64,000 bases of DNA, from contig DAIRGV010000001.1 in assembly GCA_036794405.1 (NCBI GenBank), positions 44,550-108,549 of the forward strand. Direction: 5' to 3'. Position 1 is the stretch's first letter. Each line of letters opens with the position of its first letter. Shown one piece after another: positions 35,041-44,162 of this stretch. The DNA comes from Candidatus Dormiibacterota bacterium. Its GTDB lineage: Bacteria > Chloroflexota > Dormibacteria > Dormibacterales > Dormibacteraceae. Under the pieces are notes generated by a model, which searched no databases, was not told the origin of the DNA, and saw nothing but the letters and a program-made list of their open reading frames with translations. The position numbers and the translations under genes are program-made.

Positions 35041-36540
35041 ATGCTGGCCCCGATGAGGCTGACCGAGCTCGCCGCCGGGGTCCCGGGCGCCATCGTCGAG
35101 TCGGGGCCCGACACCGAGGTCGTCCGCGTCCTCCAGGATTCCCGCCGAGCCGGCCCGGGAGACCTCTTCGTCGCCGTCCCGGGCCTGACCGTCGATGGGC
35201 ACTCTTTCGCGGCCGACGCGGCCGCCCGGGGAGCCGCCGTCGCGATCCAGCGCGGGGTGACGCTGCCGGGGGGAACGCCGACCCTGCGGATGCCCTCGAC
35301 CCGAAGCGGGCTGGCCGAACTGGTGGCGACCCTGCTCGGCCGCCCCGCGCGGCGGCTCCGGGTGGCCGGCGTCACCGGCACCGACGGCAAGACCACAACC
35401 ACCCACATGGCCGCTCACGTCCTCGAGGCCGCGGGCCTCCGGACCGGTTCGATGAGCACCGTCGCCTTCCAGCTGAGCGGCACCCGCGACCACAACGAGT
35501 CGGGCCAGACCACCGTCGAGGCGCCCGACCTGCAGGCCTGGCTGGCCCGGATGGTGGAGGCCGGGATCGGTCAGGTCGTCCTCGAGGTGACCTCCCATGC
35601 CCTGGTCCAGGAGCGCGTCGGGGCCTGCGACTTCGACGCGGTCGCGGTCACCTACGTCGGGCATGACCACCTCGACTACCACTCCACCTGGGAGGAGTAC
35701 GTGGCGGCAAAGGCGAGGCTGATCGACCTCTGCGCCGCGGGTGACGAGAAGGGCGTTCCCAAGACAGCGGTGCTGAACCGGGACGACGCCAGCTGGGCGG
35801 TGCTCAGCGCGCGGCCGATCGAGCGCCGCTGGAGCTATTCCCTGAAGGGCGAGGCTGACATCACCGCCCGCGGCCTGCTCTGCGGCGATTTCTGCAGCTT
35901 CCGCCTTGCGACCGCCGAGGGCGAGGCGCCCGTAGAGCTGGCCCTACCGGCACGCTTCAACGTCTACAACGCGCTGGCCGCTGCCGGTGTCGGCCTGGCT
36001 TTCGGTCTCAGCGTGGAACAGGTGGCGGCTGGTCTCACAACGTTCAAGGGCGTCCCCGGCCGCCTCGAACGGGTCGACCTCGGCCAGCCTTTCTCCGTTT
36101 TCGTCGACTTCGCGCATTCCGCCGGAGCTTTGCGAAGCGCCCTGGGCGAGCTTCGACCGCTGACGCCGGGAAGGCTGCTGACGGTCTTCGGCAGCACGGC
36201 CCGCAGTGACCACGACCGGCCGGGGATGGGGTTGGCCGCGGCCGAGGCCGCGGACTTCTTCATCATCACCACTGACGACCCGGTCGACGAGGACCCGGCC
36301 CAGATCGCTCGCGAGGTCGCAGCCGGGGCAGAGGGAAAGGTCGCCGGGCGCGACTACGACATCATCCTCGACCGCCGGGTCGCAATCTGGCGTGCGATCG
36401 AGATGGCAGGTCCGGGGGACACCGTGCTCCTCGCCGGCAAGGGGCATGAGAGGTCGATGCTGACCGCCGCCGGGCGCGAGCCGTGGGACGAGCGTGCGAT
36501 CGCCGAGGAGGCGATCCGGGAGCTGCTTGCCGAGCGCTGA
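35041..36540 (+). CDS. murE: UDP-N-acetylmuramoyl-L-alanyl-D-glutamate--2,6-diaminopimelate ligase
   Basis: VAGVTGTDGKTTTTHM, VLEVTSHAL, FVDFAHS, and DHDRPGMG, which resembles the DNPR-type motif position. Confidence 0.85.
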   Translation: MLAPMRLTELAAGVPGAIVESGPDTEVVRVLQDSRRAGPGDLFVAVPGLTVDGHSFAADAAARGAAVAIQRGVTLPGGTPTLRMPSTRSGLAELVATLLGRPARRLRVAGVTGTDGKTTTTHMAAHVLEAAGLRTGSMSTVAFQLSGTRDHNESGQTTVEAPDLQAWLARMVEAGIGQVVLEVTSHALVQERVGACDFDAVAVTYVGHDHLDYHSTWEEYVAAKARLIDLCAAGDEKGVPKTAVLNRDDASWAVLSARPIERRWSYSLKGEADITARGLLCGDFCSFRLATAEGEAPVELALPARFNVYNALAAAGVGLAFGLSVEQVAAGLTTFKGVPGRLERVDLGQPFSVFVDFAHSAGALRSALGELRPLTPGRLLTVFGSTARSDHDRPGMGLAAAEAADFFIITTDDPVDEDPAQIAREVAAGAEGKVAGRDYDIILDRRVAIWRAIEMAGPGDTVLLAGKGHERSMLTAAGREPWDERAIAEEAIRELLAER

Positions 36541-36543
36541 CGG

Positions 36544-36846
36544 CTACTGAGCGTCGGCGAACCGGCGATAGCGCTCCCGCCAGAACTCGGCCCGACGCCG
36601 GAAGCGGTCGCGCTCGACCCGCAGCACGATCAGGTCGGTCGCCTCGATCTCCTTTCTTGCCTCGGCGCCGAGAGCGATGCTCTCGATCGCGATCCGCTCC
36701 AGCGCGCGCTCCTTGAAGTCGCACAGCTCGCGGTAGACCTCGGCCCAGTGCAGCGCGTCCTCAGGATGCCTGGACGCCGGTTTCTCGCCGGGGAGCAGAC
36801 GATCGTCATCGACCTGCTCCTCGGCCGCCTTCTCCTTGTCAGTCAT
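36544..36846 (-). CDS. hypothetical 100-aa charged, helical protein, translationally coupled to thiS
   Basis: ATG 36846 overlaps the thiS stop (ATGA). No recognisable motif. Confidence 0.45.
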   Translation of the reverse strand: MTDKEKAAEEQVDDDRLLPGEKPASRHPEDALHWAEVYRELCDFKERALERIAIESIALGAEARKEIEATDLIVLRVERDRFRRRAEFWRERYRRFADAQ

Positions 36847-37082
36847 GGCCTTGTCGGAGTATGTCCCAACCCGCTCCCCGAGCCGCCGCCGACCATGCGC
36901 ACGATCTCGACCACATCGGCTTCGACCAGCGTCGTGCCGGTCAGCTCCGATCGTTCCAGGATCCGCTCGTTGAGCTCGACCGCAACCCCTCGCGGGTCCA
37001 CACCGAGGCCGGCGAGGTAATCGCCCAGCCGGGTCGGCCCGGCCAGCTCCACCTCCTTGCCGTTGATCAGGAGCCGGATCAC
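36843..37082 (-). CDS. thiS: sulfur carrier protein ThiS with a 12-residue extension after the Gly-Gly
   Basis: [13 protein letters not shown]...VEIVRMVGGG is followed by SGSGLGHTPTRP. Lies downstream of thiG-thiE. Confidence 0.8.
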   Translation of the reverse strand: MIRLLINGKEVELAGPTRLGDYLAGLGVDPRGVAVELNERILERSELTGTTLVEADVVEIVRMVGGGSGSGLGHTPTRP

Positions 37083-37621
37083 CCGACAGGATCCCGGAAG
37101 AACCGGATCGCTGCATAGCCGTCGGCACCCGCCGCCAGGCAGGCGGCGGCGCGCTCGCGGTCGACGCCGCCGATCGCGAGAACGGGGATCGCCACCGCCC
37201 GCGCGACCTCCGCCAGCGCATCGGTGCCGAGGGCCGCCCGGCCGGGATGGGTCGGAGTCTCGAAAACCGGACCGAAAAGGACGAAGTCGGCGCCTTCCGC
37301 GGCGGCCGCGGCGGCCTCCCCCACCGAGTGCACTGAACGGCCGACGAGCCGATGTGGGCCCAACAGGGTGCGGGCGGCGGCCACCGGCAGGTCGCCTTCC
37401 GGGAGGTTGACGCCGGCCGCTCCGGCCGCCAAGACGAGGTCGGGCCGGCCCCGGGCGAGAACTGGGATCGGTGCGGCGGCGACCAACCGAAGCAGGGCCT
37501 CGTACTGGGTGCGGGCGTCCGCTCCCGGCATCCTCAGCAGCAGGTGGGACGCGCCCCGGCTGGCGGCGTGCAGCCCGGCCTCAACCCCGTCGGTGACCGC
37601 CATCAGCACCGGGACGGTCAA
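37079..37621 (-). CDS. thiE: thiamine-phosphate synthase (ThiE/TenI family)
   Basis: [40 protein letters not shown] overlap with thiG. Confidence 0.7.
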   Translation of the reverse strand: MTVPVLMAVTDGVEAGLHAASRGASHLLLRMPGADARTQYEALLRLVAAAPIPVLARGRPDLVLAAGAAGVNLPEGDLPVAAARTLLGPHRLVGRSVHSVGEAAAAAAEGADFVLFGPVFETPTHPGRAALGTDALAEVARAVAIPVLAIGGVDRERAAACLAAGADGYAAIRFFRDPVG

Positions 37622-38409
37622 CCGCGGCGCGATATCCCCTCGGTTGGCGAGCTGGCTGCGGCCTCGTCCCGGCGCGGCATCCGCCCCGCCGCGAAGGCCT
37701 TCCGGCCGGCATCGACGCCGAGCCGCAGCGCCTCCGCCATCAGTGCCGGGCGCGTGGCCGCCGCCACCGCGGTGTTGACGAGGACCGCGTCTGCCCCCAT
37801 CTCCATGGCCAGCGCGGCGTCGGATGGGACACCGATCCCGGCGTCGACAACCACCGGCACCCGCGCGTTCTCGATGATGAGGCGGATCTGCGAGAGCGTT
37901 TGGAGGCCCTGGCCGGAGCCGATCGGCGAGCCGAGCGGCATCACCGTGACGGTGCCGATCTCCTCCAGCTTGCGTGCGAGGATTGGGTCGGCGTTGATGT
38001 AGGGAAGGACGGCGAAGTTCTCACCGACCAGGATCCGAGCCGCCTTGAGGGTCTCCTCGGCGTCCGGCAGGAGATAGCGCGGGTCGGGGATCACCTCGAG
38101 CTTGATCCAATCGGAAAGCCCCATCGAGCGCGCCAGCCGGGCGATCCGGACCGCTTCCTCCGCGGTCTGGCACCCGGCGGTGTTGGGCAGGATTCGGTAC
38201 CGCTTCCAATCGATCACGTCGAGGATCGTCTTCTTGGCCGGGTGGTCGAGGTCGAGGCGCCGGAGGGCGACGGTGACCAGCTCGCAGCCGGAAGCTTCGA
38301 GCGAAGCCAGCATCTCCTCGTCGGAGCGGTACTTGCCGGTGCCCACGAAGAGCCGGGAGCGGAGCTCCTGGCCGGCGATGACGAGAGTGTCGCGTGCGAC
38401 CGTCTGCAC
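37618..38409 (-). CDS. thiG: thiazole synthase
   Basis: [37 protein letters not shown]. Confidence 0.9.
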   Translation of the reverse strand: MQTVARDTLVIAGQELRSRLFVGTGKYRSDEEMLASLEASGCELVTVALRRLDLDHPAKKTILDVIDWKRYRILPNTAGCQTAEEAVRIARLARSMGLSDWIKLEVIPDPRYLLPDAEETLKAARILVGENFAVLPYINADPILARKLEEIGTVTVMPLGSPIGSGQGLQTLSQIRLIIENARVPVVVDAGIGVPSDAALAMEMGADAVLVNTAVAAATRPALMAEALRLGVDAGRKAFAAGRMPRRDEAAASSPTEGISRRG

Positions 38410-38418
38410 GCCCCAAGC

Positions 38419-39036
38419 TTAGCCAGCCAGCGGCCGCCGTCCCGGCACGCCCGGGCGCCGCGGGTATTCGGGTGGCGTCGGGCGAACCTTCTCGACCACG
38501 ACGACCTGGCCCAGCGATCGCGCCCGGGACGCCGCGGCGCTGACCGAGACCAGCTCGCCTCCGAGCAATTCGATCACACTGCGAGCGGCCTCCGCCTCGG
38601 CGACCGAGTCCGCCTTCATTGCGAGGAGCCGGCCGCCGATGGTCACGAAGGGGAGGCAGAGCTCGGCCAGCACCGGCATCGGCGCCAGCGCACGGGCGAG
38701 CGCGAAGTCGTAGGCCTCGCGATGGCGCGGATCCCGGCCGGCCTCCTCCGCGCGCCGCGCGATCACTTCCACGTCATGCAGCCCGAGCCTGGCCGTCGTC
38801 TGGACCAGGAATGCGGCCTTGCGCCGGTTCGCCTCCAGGAGGCTCAGCCGGAGCTCGGGCCGGGCGATCTTGAGGGGAAGCCCGGGCAGGCCTCCGCCAC
38901 TGCCCACGTCGATGACGCGGAGCGGTCCCGAGGGAAGGAAGTCGAGCAGGACCAGCGAGTCCTCGAGGAGGGCGCGGTCTGGCCGCGCCACCAGCCCTGG
39001 CCAGGAGGAGATCAGGTTGAATAGAATCTCGTTCAT
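38419..39036 (-). CDS. rsmG: 16S rRNA (guanine527-N7)-methyltransferase
   Basis: VIDVGSGGGLPGLPLKIARPEL, LLEANRRKAAFL, ARA. Confidence 0.85.
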   Translation of the reverse strand: MNEILFNLISSWPGLVARPDRALLEDSLVLLDFLPSGPLRVIDVGSGGGLPGLPLKIARPELRLSLLEANRRKAAFLVQTTARLGLHDVEVIARRAEEAGRDPRHREAYDFALARALAPMPVLAELCLPFVTIGGRLLAMKADSVAEAEAARSVIELLGGELVSVSAAASRARSLGQVVVVEKVRPTPPEYPRRPGVPGRRPLAG

Positions 39037-39271
39037 GCCGCTCTACGAGTATTCATGCGCCGACTGCACGGGCAAGTTCGACCTCTTGACGTCCTTCCAG
39101 AATCGCGAGCGCAAGCAGGTCTGCCCGACCTGCGAGTCGACCCGCACCAGCGTCATGATCTCGAGCTTCGCCGCTTTCGGGTCGTCCGAGGCCGGCAAGG
39201 AGCCGGTGAGCCTCGGCCGTGGCGGAGGCTGCGGCCCCGGTTGCTGCGGGGGCGCCTGCTCGGCCAACTGA
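39035..39271 (+). CDS. FmdB-family zinc-ribbon protein
   Basis: MPLYEYSCADCTGKFD...CPTCES, with a Gly/Cys-rich tail. Trimmed from ORF 38819..39271. Confidence 0.75.
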   Translation: MPLYEYSCADCTGKFDLLTSFQNRERKQVCPTCESTRTSVMISSFAAFGSSEAGKEPVSLGRGGGCGPGCCGGACSAN

Positions 39272-39299
39272 GGACCGCCTCCCCGCCCGCGGGACCGTA

Positions 39300-40583
39300 A
39301 TGCTCTTCCCGATCACCTATCGGGTCAACTCCCGCGGGCACATGGAGGTCGGTGGTTGCGACCTCGTCGACCTCGCCCGGGAGCACGGCACACCTCTCTA
39401 CGTATACGACGAGGCCACCGTCCGCCAGCGGGCAGCCGAGTTCATCAGGGCGATGGGCGGCGCGGGCGAGGTTCTCTACTCGGCCAAGGCGTTTGCGAGC
39501 CCCGCCTTCCTTCGCATCGTCGCCGACGAGGGCCTCGGGCTCGACGTGGTCTCCGCGGGCGAGCTCCACCTCGCCCTCAAGTCGGGCTTCCCGGCTGAGC
39601 GGATCTACTTTCTCGGCAACAACAAATCGGCCGGGGAGGTCGAGCTCGCGGCACGGTCCGGCTGCACGATCGTGATCGACGGCTCCTACGAGTTCGAGCT
39701 CCTCGACCGGGTGGTGCCCAGGGGGAGGCGGGTGCGCGCCGAGCTGCGGATCTCTCCGGGGATCAAGCCCGACACCCACGACTTCATCGCGACCGGCCAG
39801 CTCGACTCCAAGTTCGGCTTCTCGATCGAGAACGGCCAGGCGCGGGCTGCGATCGAGCAGGCGCTGGCGCACCCCCGGATCGACCTCGTTGGCCTTCACT
39901 CCCACATCGGATCGCAGATCTTCGACCTCCGCGCCCACGCCGCCGCGATGGAGGTGATGCTCGACCTCGTCGCCGAACTGAAGCGGGACCTCGATTTCGA
40001 GCCGGCAGTGCTGGGCGCCGGGGGCGGCCTCGGCATCGCCTACACCGGGGCCGATGACCCGCCCACCCCGCGCGACTTCGTGGAAACGCTTCGGGGCGTC
40101 CTCGAGTCCGGCAGCGCCCGCCGCGGGATCTCGCCGCCGCGGCTGGTGGTCGAGCCCGGCCGCTCGATCGCCGGGCCCGCCGGCGTGACCCTCTACACGG
40201 TCGGGTCGATCAAGGACATCCCCGGCGTCCGCCGCTACGTCGCGGTCGACGGCGGGATGGGCGACAACATCCGGCCCAAGCTCTACGGGGCCCGCTACGA
40301 GGTCCTCAAGGCGGCCGAGCCGGAGGCTCCGGCGACGGGCCGGGTGACGATCGCGGGCAAGTACTGCGAATCGACCGACATCCTGATCAGCGACGCCGAC
40401 CTGCCGCCGGTCAGCTCCGGCGACGTTCTCTGCGTCCCCGCCACGGGTGCCTACTGCCTGGCGATGGCGAGCAACTACAACGGCATCCCCCGGCCCGAGG
40501 TCGTGATGGTGAAGGACGGCGCGGCGCGCGTCATCCGGCGGCGTGAGACGCTCGACGACCTGCTCCGAACGGAGGTCTTCTGA
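39300..40583 (+). CDS. lysA: diaminopimelate decarboxylase
   Basis: GTPLYVYDE, YSAKAF, HSHIGSQI, EPGRSI, CESTD. Trimmed to ATG 39300. Confidence 0.9.
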   Translation: MLFPITYRVNSRGHMEVGGCDLVDLAREHGTPLYVYDEATVRQRAAEFIRAMGGAGEVLYSAKAFASPAFLRIVADEGLGLDVVSAGELHLALKSGFPAERIYFLGNNKSAGEVELAARSGCTIVIDGSYEFELLDRVVPRGRRVRAELRISPGIKPDTHDFIATGQLDSKFGFSIENGQARAAIEQALAHPRIDLVGLHSHIGSQIFDLRAHAAAMEVMLDLVAELKRDLDFEPAVLGAGGGLGIAYTGADDPPTPRDFVETLRGVLESGSARRGISPPRLVVEPGRSIAGPAGVTLYTVGSIKDIPGVRRYVAVDGGMGDNIRPKLYGARYEVLKAAEPEAPATGRVTIAGKYCESTDILISDADLPPVSSGDVLCVPATGAYCLAMASNYNGIPRPEVVMVKDGAARVIRRRETLDDLLRTEVF

Positions 40584-40586
40584 ACC

Positions 40587-40802
40587 TCAGCCCGCCCGGC
40601 GGACAGTGAAAGACGACTGGACGCAGGCGGTCCCGACGCAGCCCCTGATCTCGTGCTGCCCCACCGCCAGGAGACGTGGAACGGGCAGCTCGTAGGCGGC
40701 CTGACCCTGTGAGTCGGCCTTGACCGTTGCCAGCTTGGCATTGGTGCCGAGGTAGACGTCCACCGACTGGCCCGCCCGGAAGCCGGCGAAGGCGGCCGTC
40801 AG
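40587..40802 (-). pseudogene. out-of-frame continuation of the kinase gene (Ig-like extracellular domain, 71 codons plus stop)
   Basis: Hand translation LTAAFAGFRAGQSVDVYLGTNAKLATVKADSQGQAAYELPVPRLLAVGQHEIRGCVGTACVQSSFTVRRAG. It joins smoothly to ...SVTLSASTVAQG if one G is added to the G5 run (C5 at 40807-40811 on the + strand). Confidence 0.7.
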
Positions 40803-41824
40803 GGAACCCCCTGGGCCACCGTCGACGCCGACAGCGTCACCGAGGGACGGGGGCGCGACACGACCGCCAGGACGCCCAGGAGCAGGGCGATGACGAGGAG
40901 GCCGGCCACCGCGGCGAGGAGCAGTCGTCGCCGCGACCTCGGCGGTGCCGCCCGGGGGAAGACGTAGTCGGGCGCCGTGCGCACCGGCGTCGGGATGGGC
41001 ATCGTCGCCTCGACCGGAGGTGGTGGCGCGAGCGCCTCCGCGAGGGCGCCGACCAGGGCACTCCCGCTCTCCCAGCGTGCGACGGGGTCCTTGGCGAGGC
41101 CGCGGGCGAGCACGGCGTCGACCGCCGGCGAGAGCTCGGGGTTCCGGCTCGAGGCGGGAGGTGGCTCGCGGTGGACGTGGGCGTAGAGGAGCTCGAGCAT
41201 GCCCTCGCCCTCGAAGGGGATCGTCCCGGCGAGGAACTCGTAGGCCATCGTCATCAGCGCGTAGGTGTCCGCTGCCGGGCCGACTGTCGCGCCCATCACC
41301 TGTTCGGGCGACATGTAGGCCGGGGTGCCGGTGGTGACGCCGCTGATGGTCTTTACCGACGCCTGCTGGAGCAGCTTGGCGAGCCCGAAATCCCCCAGCA
41401 CCGGGTTTCCGTTGCGGTCGACGAGGACGTTGGCCGGCTTCACGTCGCGATGGATGATGCCCATCCCGAGGGCGTAGTCGAGACCGGCGGCGATGCCCGC
41501 GAGGAAGCGCAGCGAAGTCGGCCTGTCGAAGCGTTCGCCGGCCTTCAGGCGGTCGCTCAGGGAACCGCCCGGTATGTACTCGACGACCATGTAGGGCGTT
41601 CCCTCGTGCTCTCCGAAGTCGTAGACGTTGAGAACGTTGGGATGGCGCAGCTGGGCGATCGCCTGCGCCTCGCGACGGAACCGCGCCGCGGCGTCGGGGT
41701 CGGGGGCAAGCGCCTGGAGGACTTTGACCGCGGCGGTCCGGGCCAGCCCCGCGTGGTAGGCGCGATAGACAGTGCCCATGGCGCCCTGGCCGAGGAACTC
41801 ATGGACCTCGTAAGCACCGAGCAC
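40799..41824 (-). CDS. Ser/Thr protein kinase (kinase domain plus one TM helix), truncated by a frameshift
   Basis: GTG 41824. LGQGAMGTVYRA, AVKVL, HRDVKPANVL, DFGLAK, TPAYMSPEQ. TM helix LLLAAVAGLLVIALLLGVLAVV. Stops 20 codons after the TM. Confidence 0.85.
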   Translation of the reverse strand: MLGAYEVHEFLGQGAMGTVYRAYHAGLARTAAVKVLQALAPDPDAAARFRREAQAIAQLRHPNVLNVYDFGEHEGTPYMVVEYIPGGSLSDRLKAGERFDRPTSLRFLAGIAAGLDYALGMGIIHRDVKPANVLVDRNGNPVLGDFGLAKLLQQASVKTISGVTTGTPAYMSPEQVMGATVGPAADTYALMTMAYEFLAGTIPFEGEGMLELLYAHVHREPPPASSRNPELSPAVDAVLARGLAKDPVARWESGSALVGALAEALAPPPPVEATMPIPTPVRTAPDYVFPRAAPPRSRRRLLLAAVAGLLVIALLLGVLAVVSRPRPSVTLSASTVAQGVP

Positions 41825-41888
41825 CGGGCTGGATCGGCATGCCGTTGGCAGGTTAATTCGGTGGGGCGGGATGAGGCAACCTGCCGGG

Positions 41889-42563
41889 TTAGCTTTTCCA
41901 CCCCCCGGAGGCGCCGGAGCGGACGGCGAGCAGGCCGGCGAGGATCGAGAGCGCGATCTCGGGCGCCGTCCGCGCCCCGATGTCAAGGCCGACCGGGCTC
42001 TGGATCGCGGCGATCGCCTCCTCCGGCAGGCCTCGCCGGCGAAGCTCGTCGAGGTGGTGGCCGGTGTGGCGGCGGCTTCCCATCACGCCGACGAACCGGG
42101 GCCCGGCCCGGAGCACCCTGGCCAGCGCGTCGGGAAGGCCCGGGTCGTCGTGGTCGGTGTGCACCGCATAGGTGCCTGGCCCCGCCTCGCCCACCTCCGT
42201 GGTGGCATGAAAGCCGACTCGACGGCTCAACTCGAGAAGCTCGCGCGCGACCGGGGTGTCACCGAGGACGATCAGCGTCGGGCTGGCGAGGTAAGGCTCG
42301 AGGTAGACCTCGATCGTGCCCAGGTCATGGGCATAGGTGCGAAGGCCCGGCCTGCCGGCATCCAGGAAGTGGGCAGCGTCGGCCTTCGCGGCGGCGTCGA
42401 ACTCGGAGCAGCCGAGAGTTCCGGCGAGTGCCCCCGAGCGGTCGACCAGGATCTTCTCGCCCGGCCGGCTGGGAGGCTCCCGGTCGATGCTGACGACGGT
42501 TGCCACCACCACGTCCCGGCGCTCGGCGCGGAGCCTGACGAGCTCCGACTCGACGTCGCTCAA
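41889..42563 (-). CDS. XdhC/CoxI-family accessory protein
   Basis: N-terminal VVATVVSIDREPPSRPGEKILV...GTLGC, and a Rossmann-like C-terminus LIVLGDTPVA. Confidence 0.65.
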   Translation of the reverse strand: MSDVESELVRLRAERRDVVVATVVSIDREPPSRPGEKILVDRSGALAGTLGCSEFDAAAKADAAHFLDAGRPGLRTYAHDLGTIEVYLEPYLASPTLIVLGDTPVARELLELSRRVGFHATTEVGEAGPGTYAVHTDHDDPGLPDALARVLRAGPRFVGVMGSRRHTGHHLDELRRRGLPEEAIAAIQSPVGLDIGARTAPEIALSILAGLLAVRSGASGGWKS

Positions 42564-43567
42564 GCTCGGACCAGGGGCGCGAGGACCGACCGCAGGACCT
42601 GCTCGGCGCGCTCGAGGTCGGCCTCGTTCGTGGTCCAGCCGGCACTGAGCCGGAGGCCGCTCAGGGACTCGCCGAGGGTGAGACCCAGGGCGAGCAGGAC
42701 GTGGGACGGATCGAGGGAGCCGCTGGCGCAGGCGGAACCACTCGAAGCGGCGACGCCGGCCAGGTCGAGGGCGAGCAGGAGATCCTCGCCCCGAGCGCCG
42801 GGGAAGATGGCCGAGGCATGGTTGGGAAGGCCGGGACGGCCCCCGGTGAGGCGGCCACCGGCGGCTTCCAGCGCCCGACGGAGCCGGTCACCGAGAGGTC
42901 GCACTGCCTCATTCCGGGCCCTGTGCTGCTCGGCGCAGGCGGCAAGGGCGGCCGCGACGGCAACCGCGGCGGAGACATCCTCGCGTCCGGCGCGCCGGCC
43001 GCGCTCCTGCGGGCCGCCGTACTGGAGGGGCTCGAGCCGGACGCCGCCGCGGACGAAGAGCAGACCGCCCCGACCGGCGCCGATCTTGGCGCCCGAGAAG
43101 GAGGCGAGGTCGACCCCGCGGAGGTCCACTTCGATCCACTGGGGTCCCTGGCAGGCGTCGAGGTGAACGATCGCGCCCGGGGCGTGGACGCGAGGCTGGA
43201 GCGTCCCGACCTCGTTGTTGGCGAGGGAGGTTGAGATCAGGCCGGCACCCGGCAGGTCCGACTCTGAATTACGGCCCTCCCCATCCACGGGGAGGATCTC
43301 AACCGACCGGCCCTCGAGCTGGAGGTGGCGGACGGCGCCGAGGACGGCCTGGTGCTCGGCGGCCCAGGTCACCACCGGCCGGCCGGGTGGGAGGCGCCGG
43401 CCCGCACCGAGGATGGCCAGGTTGACGGCCTCGGTTCCGGAGGCGGTGAAGACGATCTCGGCGGGATCGACGCCGAGGGCGCCGGCCGCCATGTCGCGCG
43501 CCCGGTCGAGCGCTGTCAGCGCCGCCCGCCCTTCGCCGTGGGGGCTGGAGGGGTTGCCCGCCGGCAC
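42560..43567 (-). CDS. class V aminotransferase / cysteine desulfurase (true N-terminus probably about 22 codons further upstream)
   Basis: NPSSPHGEG, FTASGTEAVN, SFSGAKIGAGRGGLL (PLP Lys), SSGSACAS (active Cys). The in-frame upstream sequence encodes the conserved VYLDHAAGT motif. Confidence 0.8.
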   Translation of the reverse strand: MPAGNPSSPHGEGRAALTALDRARDMAAGALGVDPAEIVFTASGTEAVNLAILGAGRRLPPGRPVVTWAAEHQAVLGAVRHLQLEGRSVEILPVDGEGRNSESDLPGAGLISTSLANNEVGTLQPRVHAPGAIVHLDACQGPQWIEVDLRGVDLASFSGAKIGAGRGGLLFVRGGVRLEPLQYGGPQERGRRAGREDVSAAVAVAAALAACAEQHRARNEAVRPLGDRLRRALEAAGGRLTGGRPGLPNHASAIFPGARGEDLLLALDLAGVAASSGSACASGSLDPSHVLLALGLTLGESLSGLRLSAGWTTNEADLERAEQVLRSVLAPLVRA

Positions 43568-43643
43568 CTGCGTCAGGGCCTCAGCGACCTCGGGCAGGAG
43601 GTCGGTGCCGGCGGCGTGGTCGAGGTAGACGCGACCGGCCCGG

Positions 43644-44006
43644 CTAGCGACTGCGGTGGGGGGCCTTGAGGAGGTCGTCGAGCGAGCCCTCGAAGTCCTT
43701 CAGCAGGAGGTGGACGTCGAGGATCTCGTCGGCTTCGATCGGCTCTGAGCCGGCGCGGACCGGCGTTGCCGAGAAGACCTCCTCGATCACCAGCTCGTCG
43801 TCGGCCTCGAGCATCGCCTCGACACCGGAACCCTGGATGGCGAGCACCACGACAAAGCTGACCTTGCAGGCCGCGCAGGTCACCTGGACTGTGAACCGGT
43901 CCTCCTGGTGATTGAGCATCCGGACCTCGCAGGCCCGCAGGTTGCGGCCGCAGACCGGGCAGTTGTAGTAGCGCGCGCGGTCGCGGATGTAGTCGATCAT
44001 GTTCAT
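43644..44006 (-). CDS. hypothetical zinc-ribbon protein with acidic C-terminus
   Basis: CPVCGRNL...CAACKVS, a four-Cys pattern. Confidence 0.5.
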   Translation of the reverse strand: MNMIDYIRDRARYYNCPVCGRNLRACEVRMLNHQEDRFTVQVTCAACKVSFVVVLAIQGSGVEAMLEADDELVIEEVFSATPVRAGSEPIEADEILDVHLLLKDFEGSLDDLLKAPHRSR

Positions 44007-44162
44007 CCTCGCGACCCCATTATGCCCCCGGATTCAGCCGGTCTGGCTCTCGATGCAGCCGACACCCGCCGGGCCGTTCGACCACGCGGAGCAGGAGCCC
44101 GCCTCCGCCTCGACCCGCCACCGGATCGCCGATTCGTCGATCATCAGCTCGATGATGCTCGC

